DNA from: Eledone cirrhosa
Taxonomy: Eukaryota
DNA: 64,000 nucleotides
Reading direction: 5' to 3'
NCBI GenBank assembly: GCA_964016885.1
Contig: OZ024740.1
Span: 82,584,001 to 82,648,000 of the forward strand
In this document: positions 53,858-64,000 of the stretch, one piece after another
Layout of the letters: each line of letters opens with the position of its first letter
How positions within the stretch are numbered: position 1 is the first letter of the stretch
The notes under the pieces: model-generated
What the model saw: the letters and a program-made list of their open reading frames with translations, nothing else
The model's database searches: none
What the model was told of the DNA's origin: nothing
Made by a program: the position numbers and the translations under genes

Positions 53858-54412
53858 CTGTATAATCAATTCCTGATTATTTACTAGAATTCTATAAGAA
53901 TCAAACATCCATGATTTTCAGCAAACATGAGGAGTAGTGGGATTTGATAAGCATAAAAAAATGCAAAACAGGGCTCTGTCAGATTTATCTCCCCTGTTTG
54001 CTGAAAATTAAAGTAAGTGAGACTGTCACTACTCTAAAACAATAGCATAATGTCTTCGAAATGCTTTTAATTAAGCATACAGTGTATTGCAAAATACATT
54101 ATATATAGATTCATATATATATAACTATTTCAGAGCACCAATTCTAATTTTCAATTTCTGCTCGACCGGCAACCGCTCTGTATAATCATTTCCTGATTAT
54201 TTACTAGAATTCTATAAGAATCAAACATCCATGATTTTCAACAAACAGGAGGAGTAGTTGGTTTTGATAAGCATAAAAAATGTGAAACAGGGCTCTGACA
54301 GCTTTATCTCCCCTGTTTGCTGAAAATTAAAGTGAGATCGTCACTACTCTAAAACAATAGCATAAGGTCTTCGAAATGCTTTTAATTAAGCATACAGTGT
54401 ATTGCAAAATAC
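53858..54412. repeat. Direct tandem duplication (~320-bp period) with an internal inverted repeat
   Basis: CTGTATAATCA.TTCCTGATTATTTACTAG starts at ~53858 and ~54178. Internal ATTTTCAGCAAACA...TGTTTGCTGAAAAT. Confidence 0.85.
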
Positions 54413-54413
54413 G

Positions 54414-54489
<76 letters not shown>

Positions 54490-54555
54490 AAATTGGTGTG
54501 AAAACTACTGGTGCGTGTGTTTCTTATTTGCAACATGACCCTCCCAAAGTATAAT

Positions 54556-54589
<34 letters not shown>

Positions 54590-56350
54590 GCCGTTTCTGT
54601 GTGTTTCCGTGTTTTAACTTTTGTAAATATGTTGCCGCCTTAATTCCCTTGTCATTGAAGAGAAAGTTTGTTTTTTTATGAAATAAATTTGATAAAACAT
54701 TTAATGGAGTCTATACGATAGACAGTCTAGCACAAACCCCATAACATTGACACGTAAAACAGTAAAATAGAGATGGAGCGTTAAATCATTTATCAGCATG
54801 TGGGAATTCTTGTGTTGTATATATATTTAGCACATGTCCTACGATATTATTTTAAAATATTGTCTTTTCGAGTGAACAATTAGTTTTTTTATTTCTTTTC
54901 TTTTTTCTTTTTGGAAATGAAGTTACGGCGTCTTTAAACTTAAACATGTGTTGAAAAGATCAAACATGCCCTTGATTACGGAATGGAACAAGATAATAAT
55001 CGTAGCATATGTTCAAGCGTTTATATGGATATAAAGCACCATTAGCATAATGAAACGGGATCTGATATTATGAAGAGTACCATGTCAGTTTGTTTGATCA
55101 ATATTCATGGTAATGTGTTACAATATGTGTAATCTTGGATAAAGAATATTTTTTACAAATTCTCTATTTCTATCAGAACAAAGCACTTTAATATTCCGAC
55201 AGAAAAAAAACAGTATTGTAATTCATTGAAGGTGTTTCTTATCGCCATATTGCCAAGTATTAAAATAATGTGGCTTAGCAAAGCGAATTATTTTCCTCTT
55301 AGTCTGTGTTTATTACTGATAATACTTCTAATAGTTAGTATACAACTTGTCAACTTTGATATAATGAAGGAAACTCTCATACATCCATGGATGCATTGTT
55401 TCTCTATTTGCTATTCTCTGCAAGCATACTGCTTCGCGGACTATTGGATTTAGCATGTGATTTATATGTGATTTAGCATGTGATATATATGGGATTTAGC
55501 ATGTGATACTATATCTCGACATGCCACATCCAAATATTATAATTAAATCTCCCTTATTCAAAATAACTACAAACAATTTTATTATGTTACACAGAATATA
55601 CCTACAGATTTTAGACATCTTACTATAAATTATACAAAGATAGCCACGTTGGATATAATACATAATACGTTGGATATAGACAGAAAACCCGTGATCAGGT
55701 TTATTTTATTTCTTTATTTCGGATTTCGGCGGCAACTAAAATGCCCATTTGGCATTGATTATAAATGTTTATGTAAACTGAATATAATGAGTTGCATATT
55801 ATAGATAATTGTTTTACTTTTGGCACAAGGCCAGCAATTACTCAGTACATTACTGGTACTTTATTTTATCGACCCCGTAAGGATGAAAGACAAAGTTAAC
55901 CTCGGCGGGATTTGAACTCAGACATATTATATTATATTGCATATTATAGATAATATATACTGAAAATTTCAGTCAATAACTTAATGGTGCCATATTATTT
56001 TAGTGGATCTTTATGTCGTTGTAAACTACATAGATTGCGTATATAATCTAATGAAATCCATATATATAGTATTCATGTAATCCATATATATAGTTTTGAT
56101 TAAACCCTGCACATGTCTTCAGTATTACATAAATAGCATTGGAAATATACATATCACCACAGAAATGTAGGAACAGGATTATCTTTGAAGAATATTATGC
56201 AACATATCATATCAAATATTAAGCCTTTAGTAACTGTGTATATATAATCAATGTCAATGTGGATTAGAACGCTGAATAAATAATCACCACTGGAATTCTA
56301 AAACATGAATGAAACCTTCTAACTAAATCCATCATTTATGTCCTCTAAAT

Positions 56351-56662
56351 CAGTGCTTCTCAAACTATCCGATGTGGCGGACCGGCGTTTTTTTCTTTCA
56401 ATGTGCCACGTACCGCTAATATTTCGTAGTAATATTAATTTATACCGGAAACGATATATATAATGAATATAATAATAGTTGACCATTTTTTTATCTTCTA
56501 TTTATTTTGTAAACAAATAATACAATATCAAAACATGTAAAAAACTAATTAAAAAAATTCCTCAAATAATTCCTTAGCATGGCATGGACAGTGGCCGCGT
56601 ACCGGTAGCTGATGGCTCTCGTACCGGCACCGGTCCGCGGACCACCACTTTGAGTAGCACTT
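56351..56662. mobile_element. hAT (Charlie-like) MITE
   Basis: TIRs CAGTGCTTCTCAAA / TTTGAGTAGCACTT, subterminal GGACCGGC / GGTCCGCGGACC, and TSD-like CTCTAAAT / GTCTAAAT (offset by 3 bp). Confidence 0.7.
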
Positions 56663-57507
56663 AGAGTCTAAATTATATGAATATATTTTTTGTAATCATC
56701 AATTGTCTAATATTTGTTTTACCAAAGCTGGTTTTATGGAATGTCAGTAACAACCATATTGAACCAAACCCTGTTAACGCAAACGTGATAATGTTTTTAT
56801 GTAGGTGCAGAGGAGTAATATGCTTAGAGTAATTGTGTCATTAAGATGAGCCTAAATAATATGCATGAATTCATTTTATTTACGTGCATGAACATAATGT
56901 TTTGTGGGATACTCATGTAAAAACTATGAACCATTGAAGTATGAATCATTAAAAGCTATGAATAATAAAATAATTCGCATATATTAATAGAGATTTTTTC
57001 AAAACCTCTACTAGACTAATCGTGTATATTAGCCTCATAAAATTAAATACATATGAAAGAGAGGGCTACTTTGACTTGCAGAGGATTTGGAGTAAATCAT
57101 CACTTTGTGTAATATTTATATTTGAATTTCCGTACATAATAATGCATTTGATACTCCTTTTAATAACATCTGATTTGTTAGAACGTTTTTTGGCGTGGCG
57201 TATCCAAACTCAATATAGAACTATAAATATTTGTTCAAGCAATTACATATGTCACAGATTTTGATCATACTTAAATATGATGTCATGTTCCTGGAAGCGT
57301 GAAATTAACATTGGCTGCAAGCGTGCCAACATTAGCACTATATAATAGGCAGAATGTAGAATGCATCATATATCGTGAGAAATATCTATTTGTGAATGAA
57401 TATAGAGTATATACTAGCATGCAGGATTACATTCGTGATTTGCAGAAATAATAATTAATCCTATATATTTGTTGATGAAAACAATTGTCACATCACTGAT
57501 GGAGCTT

Positions 57508-58430
57508 GAATTATTATTGTTATTATTATTATTCTTTGAGTCTCAGTCATTGATGTTAGTTAACTGGAAAGTTTGTTGAAATGAATTTCAAGCCGCTATC
57601 TGCAGCCTCAGATATTCAGGACCTATCGGAGAGATTTTGCTGTTCCCAGCAAGGATGCCATTTGAAGGGTTCCAAAAAGCGGGACTGGACTGTTCTTCTT
57701 TAACCATCCTTGGAAACACTTTGAGATAGTACCTAGTGGGGCTGTGACAATCGGGACGACCTTGACTTCATGGCAGTTCCAAATGCTTTTTACCTCCCAA
57801 TTTAAGTCCTGCTATCGATTAATTTTCCCCCTCTCCTTTTCTTGCACTCTCGTGTAAAATGGGCAGGCCACATCCACAGTCAGGCACAATCTTTCTTCCT
57901 TGTCCAAAATCACCAGGTCAGGCCTATTGTGTTCTAATTTCTTGTCCGCCTATATCCTAAAATCCCATCGCACCTTCACCTGATCGTTTTCTATCACCGA
58001 CTCTGGCTTATGCTCATACCATTTCTCAGAATGTGGTAAATTATTTACTTTGCATAGGTGCCAGTGGATCACCCTGCCTATCACATCATGTCTCCAGCCT
58101 TTATAGTGTGTCCGGGCTAGGTGTTTACAGTCGGATACAATGTTAGCCACAGTCTCCTCTCTCTCTCCACAGAGGCCTAGTCTCCTACACAGTGGGCTAG
58201 CCTCCCCCTTGTAAATAAGGTGTTTCACCCACTTCGTTCTGAGGGCCTGCTCATGCGCAGCCATTAGCATTCATCTGTAGCCTTTTAAAAGTCTCCTCTT
58301 TTTAACCAGTTCCACGTCTGTTGATCTCTAAATTCAGTTTTCACAAAGAATGTACTATGAAGGGATTTTTAATGAAGGTTGCTGTTCCTCCTTCTTGTTA
58401 ATTCCTCCTTGGACATCCCCTCGTCTATTG
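57508..58430 (-). mobile_element. R4/Dong-like RLE non-LTR retrotransposon 3' fragment
   Basis: LMAAHEQALRT..CRRLGLCG..ETVANIVSDC..RHD..IHW.LC..WDF..HNRPDLVILDK, with a (TAA)n tail. Confidence 0.85.
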
Positions 58431-59787
58431 TCTTAGAATGTTCCAGTATTATCAGAAAAGAATGTACCAGGAGCTTGAGGGTAAAAGTATGGAAGTAGAA
58501 TTGACACTGAATGCAAAAGAAAGCAACATGGTTTGGTTAAACATCTGGGATAATGAGGTACAACATAATAAGTAAACTGAATGACCAACGGAATTGAGGT
58601 AATAAAGGTGGTATTAAGATAACAACAGTAATGGTATGCATGCAAGAAGAATAATATCTCAATTGGAAAGCTCTTTGAACTGATGAGGTCAGTGATTTTT
58701 GACTGAAGATATCTTTACATGAACAAATCGCAACTCAAATGAATGGCATGTTAAACAACCATGCAGAGATATATATACGGATGACAACGATTAGGACTGT
58801 ACTCTATCGGAAGAGCAGAAAGGGTGAAAATAAATTCCAGCAGTGTTACGAAAGAACAAATGCTGAGGGTGTTTGCTTGCAAACGAATCGAATATTAATA
58901 ATATTACAATAATATTATTATTATTCATTCACGGATGCATTTATGTATCCGACATGCTAGAGCGGAAACTAATTTCGTTTTTAATAACTAAACAAATACG
59001 CTCTAATTTCCAGAATAAATTTAATTTTGTTAAGTTAATAGCTAATGATTATATATATTAATTATATAATTTGTGTTCAGTCTAGTTTCAATTTCTTCGT
59101 GTAACATATATTGAATATATAATTAATTATGGAATTTAATCCTGAAAATATAGTTCCTGTCAGGAAATAAACTAAAAGTTGAATTAATAAAAAATGAGAT
59201 GGCTCTAAATGTAATTCAATATAATTACACAAAATGCACAGCGATAAAATCTGCTGAATGCTTTGTTTCTTTTCTCCTTTGATTTGATCGTAATTATAAA
59301 CAAATCAATTTATTTAACCTTTGTTTTCTAAAATAATAAACTATGCATCTTTGTCATGTGCAGATTTCACTAAATTAGAATAATGTACACCTGTGTACTA
59401 GATCTTAAAACATCTATTATTTTGTATCAGACCAATATTAAGGTAGACCATCTGGTCACCCAACATTCTAAATTCCAATAGAAATCAATATTAATGTATA
59501 TACAGTAATTAAGAGTTCATTAATTGGAGAAGATAGTAAAATAGCACACGAACACTTTTATTTCCGTAAAGTGTAAAGTATTACGATCTATACAAATTTG
59601 CTTATGGATGCTGTCCGTCAGTCACAGATATAGCGTCATGGTAACATTTTTACAGATACGTTCACATCTGCATGTGCACGACCAATAAAGAAATAAACAA
59701 TATTTTGTCAAGATTAATAATGGTTTCTACTTTTGGCACAAGGCCAGCAATTAACCAGTGTATTACTGGTACTTTATTTTATCGCCC

Positions 59788-60015
59788 ATCTGCGACATCA
59801 TCAGTGTGCGACGAAATAACTTTGTTAGACTATATATATGTTTATATATGTATTTTTAACCGCTAGTCAATCAATGATAAACATAGATTGCCAAATAAAT
59901 TAACTATGGAGATATAAAAGATACAGAATCCAAAACCTACCCAAACCAATCAGTGAGAGTGTTCTGTTATTATTTCTGGCAATATTATAAAATATAACTC
60001 TCGCCAAGTATAAAA
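59788..60015 (+). mobile_element. 3' tail fragment of the 51640-53195 PLE family with a 19-bp 5' inversion, abutting a SINE fragment
   Basis: 59805-60015 matches 52921-53142, and 59788-59806 is the reverse complement of 52902-52920. Confidence 0.75.
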
Positions 60016-61564
60016 ATATATATATACATATATATATATAACTCAAATTTCTCATAACGATATGTTATTCATATTCCATCTATCTACCAGCTGGAGATCT
60101 TCCTTTCTCCTGTGTCCTTCCACCACTCGGGAGATCATACAATATTTGCCAGCTGTTATTGGTTTCTGAAAATACTTCGCAGCATTTCAGTTGTCGTATT
60201 TCGACCATACAGTCGCGTCAGCTGACTGTGGATTGACAGCTTTGTGGACAATAAAACACAAAGGAGTTCAGCCATTGAATCTCAATTCGGATTTCATAAA
60301 CGTTTATTCTTCCATGATCAGGATTATTGATTATCCAAGATTAGCTATAAGCCCCAACTGATCCATCATTGAATTCGAATATAATAGTCATTGTCCCGAT
60401 TTCCTGATCCGTCATATATAATTTAGTACAGTTACCACAGGTGTAAATAGGTATTTCTTCTATTCATCTCTCTTGAAAAGTAATCTACATTGCTAGAAAC
60501 ATGTCTCCAAGGAAGATGAACGATTGAACTATTTTAATTGCCTGGATTCTGTAAATAAAATTGTTTTATTTGTTAAATGAGCAAATAATTTGAAATGAAG
60601 GTCAATGGCGTTTTCATATCTGCACTGAAATCCGTTATTAATGTCACTATTATATTCAATTTCCTTTATATAATTACAATTGCATTATACGCACTTCTAA
60701 GTAATTTAGAAATCCACCTACTCAGATAATTTGTATAGTATATTCCAAACAGCGATGTCAAAATGAACACATTTATCAGGATCTCATGATGAGTACATTT
60801 CTGTGAAACTCCAGGATTTACATCAATATCAACCTTACTTAATTATTCACGTCTCCGATGACCCGGAGTGTGCATGATTTAAATTTATCTGTTATACAAT
60901 GCATTACTCAATGTTGAATCTTAAGGAGAAAGCTAGATATTTTAATTATAACTGCTACCGACTAATGTTTTAACTGTTTTCCTTTGTTAAATATCGGAAT
61001 ACAGTTATATACATTCTGGATCCTATGTTTCAAAACTACTAATCAATAGATAGTTATTCCTGTATATTTTTAATGAGGGTGAAATATATGTATCCCACCA
61101 AAAATACCATAGTATGTGCTTTTAAACAAGATAATTCGTTATGAATTTCGAAGTTTTCAATACTCCCACATAAATAGGAACTGCTGCAGCTCCCAAATAT
61201 CTTCTCTAGATATTTTCTTAACATTTAATAATTACGTAATGCTTTTTTAAATGTTCCTCCTTTTTCCTCAAATGAGATGAAATTGAAAGAATCTGAAAGA
61301 CAGTTCCTAAAGCGATATTTAGTTGCGTTCTATCAGATTCAACATTCATTTACCACCGAGATCGATCGACAGATTTATGATTCTTCTGTAAAGCAATTTA
61401 ATTACCATGAACCAGTTATTATTCCATAGTGTAACAGTATTTTACAATGAATATTTCAAATACAAATAGATTTCTAATGACATTATTAAAAAACTATGTT
61501 TATATCTAAATATATTATTGGTGGACGCGTGTTCACATGTATGGTTTACTAATTTATTTTAGAA

Positions 61565-61878
<314 letters not shown>

Positions 61879-63555
61879 GATATGTTTTGGTTTGCTTTAA
61901 GCAGTGTGTAATGTACAGAAAAGAGTGTTTTGTTTCAAAGCTATCACAATGATGTGAATGGTGTTGACATGTTACCTTGCATTTCTATATAGGTTCTAAA
62001 GAATATCAAGGTGACACGCCAATATCATTATATATATACAAAGATATATATATATATGTATCTGTGTATGTGTGTGTGCGTATATGTGTGCGTGTGTGTG
62101 TGTGTGTGTGTCTGTGTGTGTGTGTGTTTGTAAAAAGTACACAGAAATAACACAGCAGACCACACAGTACAATGAAGAAATGTAATATGCTTCATATAAT
62201 ATCAAAAGTTTCTTAAAATGTCAGCCAATAGTCCTTCGACAGTAGATAAAAAAGAGGAATAAATGATGAAATAGAAAAGATACAGAGTGAGAAGGGGAAA
62301 GAACGGCAAAAAATACAAGTGCCTATTGAATCAGCCACTTTGTAAAGATGCGTTGGAGCGGTTGATGGCTGATTGTGGTTAGGATGTAGAGGTGTGAACA
62401 AGTGGACACACGTAAACTGACAAACGTAGGGAAATGTATAAATATGTATTTGAATTTCTGCGTATGCATACACATACATAGAAGTAATTTAAAGGAGCTG
62501 TATAGAAAAAGAGTCAGAGGTGAATATGATCATTGCATTTACATTTTATTTCGTTGTATACTCATAAGAGAAGCTGCTAGGATTCGGGTTCGGTGATATG
62601 GTGGTAGAACCGCACACGGCAAAACTACGAACAGGGGTAAATGTTAGGAAACATTCATCATCGACGGCGCCACAGCCATGGTATGAGCACCATCTGAACA
62701 TAGACGCATACGCAAGGGATACAACCACACATGGACACTCAAGCGTGAGCCCATGTGTGTCGGTGATGTCTGCGGGCGTGTGCACATAGTGATCAACCAT
62801 CGGGATGTTTAGGATTTTTAGGTTTATGTGTGTGCAGATCTAGATTTTTTGTGGATGTCTTTGTGCGTGTGATAGTGTGTGGGAGAGCGACGGCTGTGCT
62901 TTTACCTAGTTCAGCAGTTGTTTTGCTAACCGGTCCGTCAATGTTTTTGTGCATGTTTCAATAGTTATGTTGTTAGGGCATTCATGTGTATATATTTATA
63001 TTGAGAGACATGTAAGTAAACTATGGTTTAGTTTGAATAATATTATATTTATGCCTTTTTAGGGACTGGTACCTGGAGCAGACAATCTAGGCTACACAGT
63101 TATTGGTCTAGTTCTCTGATCAACATTACCATATATATCGTTTATTTGTGGGTGACATAATCAACCAGAACAAGGTATTTGATTGTCAAAATTGTTGGCG
63201 CATCACTAGCAAATATTTTGTGGAAATATTTCGTGCAATTTGCGTCAGAATGAAACCTAACCCATCCTTATTTCAACGGCTCAATAGACGAGGCTTACAA
63301 GGAATCATGAATCTGTGTTAAATGCTATGAGAGCTAGCCCGCTTCGAGTGTGCTACGAAGTTCGATTTCCTGCAGTTGTCCATGTCCATCTTATACATTT
63401 GATCTTTTTATAGATTTGTTCAATTACTTTTTAACAAACAATTAATATTTCGTTGCCTACATTGTAGAGTGTACATATATAAATGCACACTCACACAAAC
63501 ACACACTCACACATATATACACATACACACGCACATACACTCACACACACACACA

Positions 63556-63586
<31 letters not shown>

Positions 63587-64000
63587 TCACACACACATAT
63601 ATATATATAAATATATATATATATGTGTGTGTGTGTGTGGCTTGAGGGAAATTGAGTAGAAATTGTACGCTTTATCCGATAATGTTGTCAATGGGAGAGA
63701 TGTGACGTTGGCCTTTAAAGAATAAAGAAAAACAAACAGACAAAAATATCAAATTTTAGGATTAAAATAAGGAACATAAAGAGTAGTAGCAATCTCTGCT
63801 TTTATCCTTAGATGGATTGTTTTACTTGTAGGTTATTTGTCTTATCGTTTATTTGGAGCTGATATCATTTATTATTCATTTCATCTCAAGAGACGAGAAA
63901 TGATACGAAAATGCTCACATCTGTCCGAACATTTACATTTATAAATGGCAAATACTGTTTTCAGTTTTAAAAGAAATAATGTATCTAAAGTGAGTAATCA

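Noticed and set aside
58676-58720. CTGATGA-GGTCA..TGACT-GAAGATATCTT
   Set aside because: A15.1 is missing and stem I is poor; possible relic only.
60187-60225. TCAG-CTGACGC-GACT..GGTC-GAAA..CTGA (minus strand)
   Set aside because: A9 and U16.1 are altered; insufficient for a feature call.
62200-63060. Possible PLE GIY-YIG relic (VYNEIKCKC, minus strand)
   Set aside because: Single weak motif with no YIG or other support.

Overview
This is AT-rich, repeat-saturated eukaryotic DNA (intergenic or intronic). I can support no host protein-coding exon. The microsatellite load and tRNA-derived SINEs resemble a coleoid cephalopod (Octopus-like) genome; this is inference. Decayed transposons recognised: a ~6.2-kb composite Helitron (15539-21737, minus strand), a Tx1-type L1 LINE plus a truncated second copy (23075-28290), R4/Dong-like and RTE-like LINE ends, two hAT MITEs, many SINEs and several Penelope-like element (PLE) remnants with RT or GIY-YIG motifs. 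The signal the ORF track misses is RNA structure. Reading by eye finds about 20 type I hammerhead ribozyme (HHR) motifs, 7 with complete cores and all three stems and the rest degenerate. Many lie near the outer ends of long inverted repeats (0.1-3.9 kb) derived from PLE 3' ends/pseudo-LTRs and embedded in (TA)n microsatellites. HHRs in PLE pLTRs and inverted pLTRs are established. The unusual features here are: a recurrent U.U mismatch at the base of stem II in three unrelated families; a pair of HHRs with ~100-nt stem II; a back-to-back double-HHR mini-palindrome; an HHR whose 5' half is inverted in place; and a 596-bp HHR-like tandem unit. All folds were derived by eye and ribozyme activity is untested.
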